Assembly (NCBI GenBank): GCA_024638505.1
Contig: JAHEKE010000007.1
Span: 534 to 64,533 of the forward strand
Length of the DNA stretch: 64,000 nt
Origin: Gammaproteobacteria bacterium
GTDB taxonomy: Bacteria > Pseudomonadota > Gammaproteobacteria > Arenicellales > JAANXG01
Direction: 5' to 3'
Shown here: piece by piece, positions 20,287 to 29,763 of the stretch
Layout of the letters: each line of letters begins with the position of its first letter
How positions within the stretch are numbered: position 1 is the first letter of the stretch
Notes under the pieces: model-generated
Told to the model about the DNA's origin: nothing
Seen by the model: the letters and a program-made list of their open reading frames with translations, nothing else
Database searches by the model: none
Program-made: the position numbers and the translations under genes

Positions 20287-20886
20287 ATGTCCATGGATAA
20301 GAACAAAAACATTGTGGTAATAGTCGGTCATCCTGACCCAGACCGGAATCGATACTGCTACGCCCTGGCTAATGCTTACCTAGCGGGCGCGCATCAAAGC
20401 GGAGCGGACACCAGGCTGGTTGAAATTGCGCACGTCGATTTTCCCATTCTGCGCAGCAAAGCGGAGTTCGACAGCGGATCACCGAACCAGGCTATCAAGC
20501 GCGCGCAGGAAGACATTTACTGGGCCGGGCATCTGGTTTTCGTGTATCCCCTATGGTTGGGTACGATGCCGGCGCTGCTCAAAGCCTTTCTGGAGCAGGT
20601 TTTCAGACCCGGCTTTGCCGCAACTGAGAGTAAACAGGGCCAGCCCTGGAGCAAGCACCTATCTGGCAGGTCGGCTCGAGTTGTGATCACCATGGGCATG
20701 CCCGCATTTGTTTATCGCTGGTTTTATCTGGCACACAGCCTGAAAAACCTGGAGCGTAACATCCTGGGTTTTTGTGGAATTGGCCCGGTACGGGCGCTTT
20801 TGATCGGCATGGTTGAAACCTGTGGTGATGCGAAACGCAGCGATTGGTTGGTGAAGATGCAGACGCTGGGGCAGCACGGACGCTGA
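20287..20886 (+). CDS. Flavodoxin-like-fold NAD(P)H:quinone oxidoreductase
   Basis: IVVIVGHPDP N-terminus, FVYPLWLGTMPALLKAFLEQVF. Confidence 0.75.
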   Translation: MSMDKNKNIVVIVGHPDPDRNRYCYALANAYLAGAHQSGADTRLVEIAHVDFPILRSKAEFDSGSPNQAIKRAQEDIYWAGHLVFVYPLWLGTMPALLKAFLEQVFRPGFAATESKQGQPWSKHLSGRSARVVITMGMPAFVYRWFYLAHSLKNLERNILGFCGIGPVRALLIGMVETCGDAKRSDWLVKMQTLGQHGR

Positions 20887-20981
20887 ATTATTCAGCCAGC
20901 CGGTGTTATCCAACGAGTCTCACGTCTATATTGAATTGTAAGCAACGCTGCTGGGGAAGGACCGGTTTTTCTATAGTAACG

Positions 20982-21755
20982 ATGTCTTCAACTCTGCCTA
21001 GAGCGCATTCGCGGGATCACTTGCCGGAGCAGGCTCCGGGGTGGGCGTTTTTTCTGGATGTCGACGGCACCCTGCTCGAGATCAAGGAACAGCCCGAGCT
21101 TGCGCGGCCGACTCCCCGAATCAAATCCATTGTGCAGCATCTACAGCTCGTTACCCAGGGCGCCGTTGCCCTGATCAGCGGACGCTCGATCGAGACGCTG
21201 GATGAGATCTTTTTACCTCTGGTCCTGCCGGCGGCGGGACTGCACGGTTTGCAAAGAAGGGATGCGCGGGGACATCTGCATACGGAAGCGATTGCGGGGA
21301 AGTCTCTCGACCATACGCGGCAGATGCTGCAAGAGTTTTGCCGGCGGTACCCGGGGACGTTACTTGAAGACAAGGGTATGGCCGTTGCCGTGCACTATCG
21401 CAATGCGCCGGCGGCGGAGGGCCCGGCGCGGAGCGTCGTGCATCAAGCGCTGGAGGAATTGGGTCGTGGTTTCGAGATGAAATCAGGCAAGATGGTGTTC
21501 GAGATCAGACCCGCGGGAGACAACAAAGGATCTGCCATCGCGGATTTCATGCGTGAGGCGCCGTTCCAGGGGCGCTTACCTGTTTTTATCGGTGATGATG
21601 TAACTGACGAAGATGGATTCGACATGGTTAACCATATGGGTGGCTACTCCATTCGCGTTGGCGACAACGGCAAAAGCAACGCACGTTATCGCATACCCAA
21701 TGTCGAAATGGTGCTGCACTGGCTTGAAGAATACCACTATACCCACTGGCAATAG
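20982..21755 (+). CDS. otsB: Trehalose-6-phosphate phosphatase
   Basis: HAD motifs FFLDVDGTL and FIGDDVTDEDGF. ATG at 20982 preferred. The track ORF from 20844 overlaps the upstream gene. Confidence 0.85.
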   Translation: MSSTLPRAHSRDHLPEQAPGWAFFLDVDGTLLEIKEQPELARPTPRIKSIVQHLQLVTQGAVALISGRSIETLDEIFLPLVLPAAGLHGLQRRDARGHLHTEAIAGKSLDHTRQMLQEFCRRYPGTLLEDKGMAVAVHYRNAPAAEGPARSVVHQALEELGRGFEMKSGKMVFEIRPAGDNKGSAIADFMREAPFQGRLPVFIGDDVTDEDGFDMVNHMGGYSIRVGDNGKSNARYRIPNVEMVLHWLEEYHYTHWQ

Positions 21756-21764
21756 GGACAGGTA

Positions 21765-23549
21765 GTGAACAACCTCAATCTGGCCGCGATCGGTAATTGT
21801 CAAATTTCTGCCTTACTTGATGAAAGAGGTAAAGTGGTCTGGTTCTGTTCGCCCCGGCTGGATGGCGATCCCGTGTTTTCCGCGCTTTTATCAGGGCAGG
21901 ATGAACCAGAGCTCGGATTCTACGACGTAATCATTGATGATTTCTCTGCCAGTGAACAGCGGTACGTGCGTAACACTGCAGTTGTAGAAACCATCCTGCA
22001 CGATAATATCGGCGGATCGGTCCGCATCCTGGACTTTGCTCCTCGCTTCACCCACTACGGACGTCAGTTTCGACCGGTGATGCTGGCCAGGATTATCGAA
22101 CCATTGTCCGGTCGCCCACGCATCAAGATTCGCTTACGGCCCGGTTACCAATACGGGCGGGCGAAGTGCGAACGCACTTTTGGCAGTCATCACATTCGCT
22201 ATCTTGGCGCGGACCAGGTCATTCGCCTGACTACGGACGCTTCCATCAGCCACGTGTTGGAGGAAAACTGGTTTGTTCTCGAACGTAGCCTAACCCTGCT
22301 GTTTGGCCCCGACGAACCGGTCCCCGAGTCCGTAGACAGGCTTGGCAGGCAGTTTTTAGATGAGACGAAGCGCTACTGGCAGGATTGGGTACAGGGTCTG
22401 TCGATTCCCTTTGAGTGGCAGCAGGCGGTGATTCGCGCCGCCATCACGCTCAAACTATGCACTTTTGAAGATACCGGAGCGGTCGTGGCTGCGATTACGA
22501 GCTCGATTCCAGAGGCACCGCACTCGCAAAGAAACTGGGACTACCGTTACTGCTGGCTGAGAGACGCTTACTTCGTTATTCAGGCGCTGAATCGGCTGGG
22601 TGCGACCAAGACCATGGAAGGATTCATGCGATACATCATCGACATCGCGTCCCGGGCCGATGGTCAGCACCTGCGACCGGTTTACAGCATCAGCGGTCCG
22701 CACACGCTGGACGAGAGGATTATCGATACGCTGCCCGGGTACCGCGGCATGGGTCCGGTCCGGGTGGGCAATCAAGCCTATCTCCAAACCCAAAACGACG
22801 TCTATGGGGCGGTTGTGTTGGCTATATCCCAGGTTTTCTTCGATGAGCGTCTGGGGCAGCCCGGGGATCGTTATCTTTTCGAGAGGCTGGAGGAGCTCGG
22901 GGCACTGGCTGTGCAGAATCACGACCAGCCGGATGCGGGACTATGGGAGTACCGCGGCCGCAGCGAGGTGCACACGTTTTCAGCGTTGATGTGCTGGGCG
23001 GCGTGCGACCGTCTGCTGAAGATCAGTGAACGTCTGGGCCTCAAGGAGCGCGCTCGCTACTGGGGCACTCAGGCGCGGCAAATCGGCAAAGCAATCGACC
23101 AGCATGCATGGAGTAAAGAGTTAAATGCCTATTCGGGCAGCTTTAACAGCGCGCAACTGGATGCTAGTTTGCTGCTCATGCATGAACTCGGGTTTAAGAA
23201 TGTGAACGACCCTCGATTTCAAAAAACCATCGCCGCGGTAGGGCGACATCTGCGGCAAGAGAAACACCTTTTCCGCTACACGGCACCGGATGATTTTGGC
23301 GTGCCCGAAAACGCTTTTAACATCTGCACCTTCTGGTACATTGAGGCTATCGCGACTTCGGGGCATGAGGAGGAAGCGCGTGACATGTTCGAATACATGC
23401 TAAGCTGCCGGAATCCGATGGGACTGCTGTCGGAAGATATTGACCCGGCGACCGGCGAACTATGGGGAAATATCCCGCAGACCTACAGCATGGCTGGGAT
23501 TATCAATGTCGCAACACGGCTGAGCACCAGCTGGCGGGAAGCGTTTTGA
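21765..23549 (+). CDS. Glycoside hydrolase family 15 (glucoamylase/trehalase-like)
   Basis: RNWDYRYCWLRDA motif. 594 aa. GTG start 9 nt after the otsB stop. Confidence 0.85.
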   Translation: MNNLNLAAIGNCQISALLDERGKVVWFCSPRLDGDPVFSALLSGQDEPELGFYDVIIDDFSASEQRYVRNTAVVETILHDNIGGSVRILDFAPRFTHYGRQFRPVMLARIIEPLSGRPRIKIRLRPGYQYGRAKCERTFGSHHIRYLGADQVIRLTTDASISHVLEENWFVLERSLTLLFGPDEPVPESVDRLGRQFLDETKRYWQDWVQGLSIPFEWQQAVIRAAITLKLCTFEDTGAVVAAITSSIPEAPHSQRNWDYRYCWLRDAYFVIQALNRLGATKTMEGFMRYIIDIASRADGQHLRPVYSISGPHTLDERIIDTLPGYRGMGPVRVGNQAYLQTQNDVYGAVVLAISQVFFDERLGQPGDRYLFERLEELGALAVQNHDQPDAGLWEYRGRSEVHTFSALMCWAACDRLLKISERLGLKERARYWGTQARQIGKAIDQHAWSKELNAYSGSFNSAQLDASLLLMHELGFKNVNDPRFQKTIAAVGRHLRQEKHLFRYTAPDDFGVPENAFNICTFWYIEAIATSGHEEEARDMFEYMLSCRNPMGLLSEDIDPATGELWGNIPQTYSMAGIINVATRLSTSWREAF

Positions 23550-24925
23550 GCCGACTGGTCGTCGTGTCCAACAGGATTGCCGTACCCACCGGCCGTCGAA
23601 CCCCTCCTGGCGGACTGGCCGTGGCGGTTCTCGCAGCGCTCAAAGAATACGGTGGTATATGGTTCGGCTGGAGCGGTGAAGTCAAAGGGCAGCCCGATGC
23701 CGACGTTGAGATCATTAGCAAAGGCAATACCACCTATGCCATGGTCGACCTTGCCGCACAAGATCACAACGACTATTACAACGGATTCTGCAACAGTGTG
23801 TTGTGGCCCCTGTGCCACTACCGGCCGCAGTATATCGAGTACAACCGCGCCGAGTGGGCTGCTTATAAACGGGTAAACGATATGTTTGCGCGCAAGCTCT
23901 TGCCCATGCTGCAGCCTGACGACCTTATCTGGGTCCATGATTACCACCTGTTTGCACTGGCGCAACAGCTGCGTAAACTTAAAGTGAGGAACCGCATAGG
24001 GTTTTTTCTGCATATCCCCTTTCCAGCCTGGGGGTTGTGGCGCAGTCTGCCGTGTTACAAGGAGCTGCTGTCGTTTATTTGCGAGTACGATCTCATCGGA
24101 TTTCAGACCAATGATGATCTGATTGCCTTTCACAACTGTGTCAAATTCGGATTGGAGGTGGACAGTGACGAGGAGGGTACGATGGTAAAGGACGGGCATC
24201 GATTACGCGCAAAAGTGTTCCCCATTGGTATTGACGTCAAGTCAGTGAGTACAACGGCCAGGCAGTCTAGAAGAAGCGCTACGCGCAAACGATTGATTGG
24301 CAGCCTGCAGCGGCGCAAGCTGATAGTTGGGATTGACCGTCTGGATTACAGTAAAGGTCTGCTGACTCGCTTCCATGCCTATGAGCGGCTGTTTGAGCTC
24401 TACCCGAATCAACTACGCAAATGCGTTTTTCTGCAGGTCGCGCCGGAGTCCCGCAAGGATGTTGAAGCTTACCATGATATTCGTCGCGAGCTGGAGGAGG
24501 CATCGGGCCATATCAACGGTCGCTTTGCGGATTTCGACTGGGCACCCATCCGCTATCTTAATCGGAGTTTTGCCCGCGGCATCCTCATGGGCATCTTGAG
24601 AGCTGCGCAGGTGGGGCTGGTAACGCCGTTACGGGATGGCATGAATCTGGTGGCCAAGGAGTACGTTGCCGCGCAGAATCCTCGTAACCCCGGCGTGCTG
24701 GTGTTGTCTCGTCTTGCCGGGGCATCACGGGAATTGAGTGAAGGCGCGGTGATGGTAAATCCTCTGGATCTGGACGAAGTAGCAGAGGGTTTGGAGACGG
24801 CTCTCAACATGCCGCGTGACGAGCGCGTGCATCGTTGGCGACTGATGATCAAGATTCTGCGGCAGAATGATATCCGCGCGTGGCGAGTCCAGTTTGTAAA
24901 TTCGCTGAGGGAATCTGCCGCTTGA
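23546..24925 (+). CDS. otsA: Alpha,alpha-trehalose-phosphate synthase (GT20)
   Basis: SRLVVVSNRIA N-terminus typical of OtsA. TTG at 23546 overlaps the GH15 stop (TTGA). Confidence 0.9.
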   Translation: MSRLVVVSNRIAVPTGRRTPPGGLAVAVLAALKEYGGIWFGWSGEVKGQPDADVEIISKGNTTYAMVDLAAQDHNDYYNGFCNSVLWPLCHYRPQYIEYNRAEWAAYKRVNDMFARKLLPMLQPDDLIWVHDYHLFALAQQLRKLKVRNRIGFFLHIPFPAWGLWRSLPCYKELLSFICEYDLIGFQTNDDLIAFHNCVKFGLEVDSDEEGTMVKDGHRLRAKVFPIGIDVKSVSTTARQSRRSATRKRLIGSLQRRKLIVGIDRLDYSKGLLTRFHAYERLFELYPNQLRKCVFLQVAPESRKDVEAYHDIRRELEEASGHINGRFADFDWAPIRYLNRSFARGILMGILRAAQVGLVTPLRDGMNLVAKEYVAAQNPRNPGVLVLSRLAGASRELSEGAVMVNPLDLDEVAEGLETALNMPRDERVHRWRLMIKILRQNDIRAWRVQFVNSLRESAA

Positions 24926-25848
24926 GTTGCACCCTGCTGGTAGAAGTAGGCGGGACCTACACGCGCTGTGCGCTCACCTCTGGCGACATAGGCGCTGTCC
25001 AGGTATTCATCAACACCGACCACATGAATCTGGCTTCGGTGCTGCGGCGATACTACGAAAAGCTGCCCGGTGCGTCACCGTCGGCCGCACTGATTGCCAT
25101 CGCCGCACCCGTTACTGCTGAGCGAGTGCACCTGACAAACCTGAACTGGGAGGTAGACGGGGCTGAGCTGGCGGACGAATTCGCATTGGAGCGCGTTAGG
25201 CTGGTCAACGATTTCGCCGCGCTGGCTTGCGCGATCCCGCATTTGCCGCGCAAGGATCTGCTGGTATTGCACAAAGGACGCTCTGATTCTAACCAGCACA
25301 ATATCGCAGTCATGGGTCCGGGTACCGGGCTCGGTGTGTCCGGGCTGGTGCGCTGCGGCAATGAATGGCATCCCGTGTCCGGCGAAGGCGGGCACGTTAC
25401 GCTCGCCGCCGCCGCCGAGCGGGAAGAAGTAGTGATCGGCCGGCTGCGCGCGCGGTTCGGTCACGTGTCCGCCGAGCGGGCGCTGTCGGGTCGGGGCTTG
25501 GTGAACCTGTACCAGGCACTGAACGATGGTTCTGCGGTTAAAGCGCCAGAGGACGTCACCCGTCTCGCCCAGCAGGGTGACGGTGCCGCTATGGAGGCGT
25601 TGGACCTGTTTTTTAAGTTCTTGGGAACGGTTGCTGCGGATCTTGCGTTAACGCTGGGCGCGCGCGGCGGCCTGTATCTGGGTGGCGGCATCCTGCCGGC
25701 GATTAAGCAACAGCTGCAGAACTCTCAGTTCATCTCCAGGTTTCGGGCCAAGGGGCGTTATTCCGACTATCTTTCGGCAATACCGGTGTGTTTGATCATT
25801 GCCGACAATCCGGCTCTGCTGGGATTGAACAACTATCCGGATAGCTGA
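24922..25848 (+). CDS. glk: Glucokinase
   Basis: LLVEVGGTYTRCAL ATPase fold N-terminus and Glk-like length. TTG at 24922 overlaps the otsA stop. Confidence 0.8.
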   Translation: MSCTLLVEVGGTYTRCALTSGDIGAVQVFINTDHMNLASVLRRYYEKLPGASPSAALIAIAAPVTAERVHLTNLNWEVDGAELADEFALERVRLVNDFAALACAIPHLPRKDLLVLHKGRSDSNQHNIAVMGPGTGLGVSGLVRCGNEWHPVSGEGGHVTLAAAAEREEVVIGRLRARFGHVSAERALSGRGLVNLYQALNDGSAVKAPEDVTRLAQQGDGAAMEALDLFFKFLGTVAADLALTLGARGGLYLGGGILPAIKQQLQNSQFISRFRAKGRYSDYLSAIPVCLIIADNPALLGLNNYPDS

Positions 25849-25949
25849 GCCAGTCGGCGATTAGGCCTGCAGCATAAACCAGCCTGTTGGTTCCGGTTAA
25901 ACGTTTTAGGTAGCATTGAGCGACTTCAAGCCGGCGGAGTCTTGCCCAC

Positions 25950-27281
25950 ATGATGAGCACCGAACAAAACGAGCGCATTACCCTGAGCGGAAAGGGCAGG
26001 CCTGCCGGCGAGCTGCTGCGCCGTTACTGGCAGCCGGTGGCGCTGGTAGATGAGCTGGCCCCGCGTCGTCCCGTGATACCTGTAAAAATCATGGGCGAGG
26101 AGCTGGTTTTGTTCCGCAATGTGAGCGGTACGCTCGGGCTGATCGGTCGTTTCTGTCCTCACCGTGGCGCGGATCTGTGCTACGGGCGGCTCGAAGACGG
26201 CGGCCTGCGCTGCGCTTTTCACGGCTGGCTGTTCGATAGAGCGGGGCAGTGCCTGGAACAGCCGGCGGAACCGGAAACCAGCCGTATGTTTCAAAGAATC
26301 AAAACCGTTGGATATCCTGTGACCGAGAAGAATGGAATCGTCTTTGCCTACATGGGGCCGGGTGAGCCACCCGGATTCGCCGCGTTTGACTGTTTTACCG
26401 CCCCCCTTGAGTACACCTTTGCCTTTAAAGGCTGGATTGAATCAAACTGGTTGCAGGCACTGGAGGTCGGCATTGACCCGGCCCATGCCTCTTTTCTGCA
26501 TCGCTACCTGGAAGACGAAGATCCCGGGAAATCTTACGGTAAGCAGTTCCGTGACCTGGTCGGCGACAGCGAGATACCCATGACGAGGCTGCTGCGGGAG
26601 TATCCTCGACCGGAGATCAACGTGGAGCATACGGATTACGGTTTGCGCATTACCACGCTGCGCCATATGGAAAACGGAAAAACACACGTGCGTGTAACCA
26701 ATCAAATATTTCCGGCGGCCATCACCATTCCTCTGTCCAATGAGATGACCATCACCCAGTGGCACGTTCCGATAGACGATTACAATTGTTACTGGTACGC
26801 CATCTTCACCAGTTTTGGCGACAAGGTGGACAAGGACCTCATGCGGCGCCAGCGCCTGGCGCTATATCAGCTGCCCGATTATGTTCCCAATAAGAACAAG
26901 CGTAACAACTATGGTTATGATCCCGCGGAGCAGGCGGTAAAAACCTACACCGGCATGGGATTGGATATCAACGTGCACGACCAGTGGGCGGTCGAATCCA
27001 TGGGGCCGATACAGGACCGGACCAAAGAACATTTAGCGAAAAGCGATCGAGCGATTGTCCAGTATCGCAAAATCCTGCTTTCCGCGATCGCCCAGGTAAG
27101 CTCCGGTAAAGTCCATGACTTGCCGCTGCGGGGAGACGATGCCGCCTGTGCCAGCATCAAAGGCCCGGTCGCCATCGACACCATCGCTCGCAAAGAGGAC
27201 TGGACGATCGCCTGGACCGAACAGGATGCGCAACGTCGTGCCGCCTGTGCCTGGCAGCCAAGTGAGGTAAGGATGGAATGA
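25950..27281 (+). CDS. Rieske [2Fe-2S] non-haem iron oxygenase, alpha subunit (phthalate-dioxygenase-like family)
   Basis: Rieske CPHRG...CAFHGW (CxH-N16-CxxH) and mononuclear Fe motif DPAHASFLH. Confidence 0.85.
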   Translation: MMSTEQNERITLSGKGRPAGELLRRYWQPVALVDELAPRRPVIPVKIMGEELVLFRNVSGTLGLIGRFCPHRGADLCYGRLEDGGLRCAFHGWLFDRAGQCLEQPAEPETSRMFQRIKTVGYPVTEKNGIVFAYMGPGEPPGFAAFDCFTAPLEYTFAFKGWIESNWLQALEVGIDPAHASFLHRYLEDEDPGKSYGKQFRDLVGDSEIPMTRLLREYPRPEINVEHTDYGLRITTLRHMENGKTHVRVTNQIFPAAITIPLSNEMTITQWHVPIDDYNCYWYAIFTSFGDKVDKDLMRRQRLALYQLPDYVPNKNKRNNYGYDPAEQAVKTYTGMGLDINVHDQWAVESMGPIQDRTKEHLAKSDRAIVQYRKILLSAIAQVSSGKVHDLPLRGDDAACASIKGPVAIDTIARKEDWTIAWTEQDAQRRAACAWQPSEVRME

Positions 27282-28732
27282 ATCAACACGCTGGCGCGGA
27301 AGAGGGGGCAAAATGTCGCGCGCTTTGGACTGACGAGGATCACGCCGCTGCGGAGGCGGTACTCGCCAGAGTAAAGGAACAGGCGATAGAGACCATACGC
27401 ATATCGTTCGTTGATCAGCATGGCATCCTGCGCGGAAAGACGCTGATGGCAAGCGGCCTGAAAGGCGTTTTCGACCGCGGGGTCAGTATGACCAGCACGC
27501 TGCTGCTAAAGGATACGTCCCACACTACGGTGTTTCCCGTGTGGAAGGTGGACGCGGGTTTCGGCCCGGATAAATTTGTTGGTGCATCCGATTTTCTGGT
27601 GCTGCCCGATCCCAAAACCTTCCGCGTTTTGCCTTGGTCACCGCACAGCGGTTGGATGTTGAGCGATATTTATTTTAAGGACGGACAACCCATTGCTTTC
27701 TCCTCTCGCCGCATACTGCAAGACGCCGTCGGCAGATTGCATAAGCGCGGTCTGGACATGTTGACCGGCCTGGAGGTGGAGTTCCATGTTTTTAAGCTGG
27801 ATGATCCGCATCTGCAGCACGATAACGCAGACAGACCAGAGGACCCGCCGCGTACCAGTCTCCTTGCGCACGGCTATCAATACCTGACTGAGCAGCGTTA
27901 CGACCAGCTGGAACAAGTGATGGACTTGATCCGGCGTAATGCCTCCGGGCTGGACCTGCCCGTTCGATCCATGGAGGCGGAATTCGGACCCAGTCAATTC
28001 GAATTCACCTTTCATCCTGGTACGGCTGTAACCTGTGCCGATTCGCTGGTTCTGTTCCGCAGCATGGTCAAGCAGGTATGCAGGCGCGAGGGATACCATG
28101 CCACCTTCATGTGTAGACCCAAGCTGAAGAACATCATGGCCAGCGGCTGGCATCTGCACCAATCTATTATTGACCGCCGCAGTGGAGAAAATCTTTTTCA
28201 GCCCAAACCCGGTGAAGTATTGACTAAACTCGGTGGGCAGTGGGTAGCCGGTCTGCTGCATCACGCCGGCGAGAGCTGTCTGCTTTCGACGCCCACGATC
28301 AACGGTTACAAACGCTACCAGCCTTTCGCCCTGGCGCCGGATCGCATCCAGTGGGGGCAGGATAATCGCGGTGCAATGATTCGCGTCATCACCCACAGCG
28401 ATGATCCGGCGTCGCGCATCGAGAACCGCGTGGGTGATCCGGCCGCCAATCCCTGTTTATTCATCGCAGCGCAGATACTATGCGGATTGGACGGTATAGA
28501 AAACGATCTCGTCCCACCGGATGCGGTAGAAACTCCTTACGACAGCGGCGCACAGATGCTGCCGAAGAGCCTGCTCGAGGCCCTGCAGTTGTTTCGCGAC
28601 AGCGCATTTTACCGATCGGTCTGGGGTGACCAGATTGTGGATTACTTCTCACATATCAAGCAAGCCGAATGGAATCGCTATATCAGCAGCGTATCAGAGT
28701 GGGAGCATCGGGAATACTTTTCACTGTTCTAA
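27278..28732 (+). CDS. Glutamine synthetase-family ligase (gamma-glutamyl-amine synthetase-like)
   Basis: 484 aa GlnA-type catalytic domain (GLEVEFHVF, MEAEFGPSQFEF, NRGAMIRV, RIENRVGD). ATGA overlap with the Rieske gene. Confidence 0.85.
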   Translation: MNQHAGAEEGAKCRALWTDEDHAAAEAVLARVKEQAIETIRISFVDQHGILRGKTLMASGLKGVFDRGVSMTSTLLLKDTSHTTVFPVWKVDAGFGPDKFVGASDFLVLPDPKTFRVLPWSPHSGWMLSDIYFKDGQPIAFSSRRILQDAVGRLHKRGLDMLTGLEVEFHVFKLDDPHLQHDNADRPEDPPRTSLLAHGYQYLTEQRYDQLEQVMDLIRRNASGLDLPVRSMEAEFGPSQFEFTFHPGTAVTCADSLVLFRSMVKQVCRREGYHATFMCRPKLKNIMASGWHLHQSIIDRRSGENLFQPKPGEVLTKLGGQWVAGLLHHAGESCLLSTPTINGYKRYQPFALAPDRIQWGQDNRGAMIRVITHSDDPASRIENRVGDPAANPCLFIAAQILCGLDGIENDLVPPDAVETPYDSGAQMLPKSLLEALQLFRDSAFYRSVWGDQIVDYFSHIKQAEWNRYISSVSEWEHREYFSLF

Positions 28733-28776
28733 TGATTCGCACTCGCCTGCGCAGGCCAAGAGACCAGAAAAGCAGC

Positions 28777-29478
28777 TTATTCCTCATCTATTGGTCCTAA
28801 TTCGAAAAACTGACCGCGACTCATGATTCCTAGAATTCGACGCCCGTTGATTAATCGGGTCGTGCCGCTCTCCGCCAGTTCGTAGAAAACGCTGCGACTG
28901 AGCAGTGCGTTTAACTGGCCTCTAATCCTGACCAAAGGTATCGGGCCTCTTTCATCCTGTTCCACCCATAGCGGATGATCCTGGTCTACCACGACTACAT
29001 CTCCGACATTAGTCTGCAGCGCGACTGCCGGTCCCCGCGCTTCAACCCGAGATTCCATTCTGGTCGCGATAAAGGGCGCGAGATCTACCTGCACCGCGAC
29101 CTTTTCCACTGGCGTAACCAGAAAGTATCCGTCATCATCCCGCCGCAGGATGCGGGAGAAAAGTTCAACCATGCGCTGCCTGTTGATCGGCGTCCCCTGG
29201 TAGTACCAGGTCCCGTCGCGAGCAATGCGCATGTCGATGTCCTGCACACCATCCGGATCCCACAGATGCACCGGCGGCAGCTGGGTTGATCCTGCCTCGG
29301 ACAATGCGTGGAACAAGGAATCTGGATCGTATGGCACGGCTCGCTTTACTCGTGAATATCTACTTACAGGCAAGGCCAGGCGAGACGAAGGCTTGGCTAT
29401 ACGCTCGATCTGCGAACGACTGGGGAAGTATAGTGTGATAAAAGCCCGGCTGCATTGATGATTAGACGGCCCGTACAC
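28777..29478 (-). CDS. DUF1285-like protein
   Basis: IDMRIARDGTWYYQGTPINRQRMVELFSRIL matches my memory of DUF1285. The N-terminal ~50 aa look non-conserved, so the true start may be internal. Confidence 0.55.
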   Translation of the reverse strand: MYGPSNHQCSRAFITLYFPSRSQIERIAKPSSRLALPVSRYSRVKRAVPYDPDSLFHALSEAGSTQLPPVHLWDPDGVQDIDMRIARDGTWYYQGTPINRQRMVELFSRILRRDDDGYFLVTPVEKVAVQVDLAPFIATRMESRVEARGPAVALQTNVGDVVVVDQDHPLWVEQDERGPIPLVRIRGQLNALLSRSVFYELAESGTTRLINGRRILGIMSRGQFFELGPIDEE

Positions 29479-29639
29479 GAGCGATTCGGGAGGTCCTGAA
29501 CTTACATCTGAGCGACGTTGACGCTCACTCGGAGATCGTTATCTGCTACCAACCGCCTACACGACTGAATCATGGCCATAGGCGTTAACAAAGATTTCCT
29601 CGCCACTGTGTCGATACTATCCATGCTGGCGGAACATTA

Positions 29640-29659
29640 ATATGCATAAAAATACATAT
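29640..29659. promoter_or_regulatory. AT-rich inverted repeat ATATG-N10-CATAT (candidate operator 1 upstream of the tupA-like gene)
   Basis: Read directly: atatgcataaaaatacatat. Contains a TACATA hexamer. Confidence 0.3.
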
Positions 29660-29704
29660 TTATGAAACCAAAACAATCTATGATAATAGGGCTGTAAATT
29701 TCAA

Positions 29705-29722
29705 TATGTAAGATATTACATA
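29705..29722. promoter_or_regulatory. Inverted repeat TATGTAA-N4-TTACATA (candidate ModE-type operator, also readable as TATGT-N7-TACAT)
   Basis: Read directly, 42 nt upstream of the tupA-like ATG. Resembles the E. coli ModE operator consensus as I recall it. Confidence 0.35.
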
Positions 29723-29763
29723 ATAATAATCAGACCGCGCGCATTGAATCGACCCATTGAAGT

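Noticed and set aside
20844-20981. Upstream extensions of track ORFs: otsB from 20844, otsA from 23462, glk from 24880, ccoP from 50038, ccoH from 52233, usp from 56662, tatD to 59512 and PLD to 47074
   Set aside because: The extensions overlap the preceding gene or lack family similarity. Internal starts give N-termini matching the families and often sit at start/stop overlaps or behind an SD.
28745-28756. GCCTGCGCAGGC palindrome between the convergent GS-like and DUF1285-like genes
   Set aside because: The stem is only about 4 bp after allowing a loop, and there is no T-tract. Too weak to call a terminator.
29479-29763. Possible Moco riboswitch upstream of the tupA-like gene, and likewise upstream of aor (39001-39192)
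   Set aside because: I could not find the conserved stems and loops of the Moco RNA motif by eye. The regions are mostly AT-rich promoter-like DNA. A covariance-model scan would be needed to overturn this.
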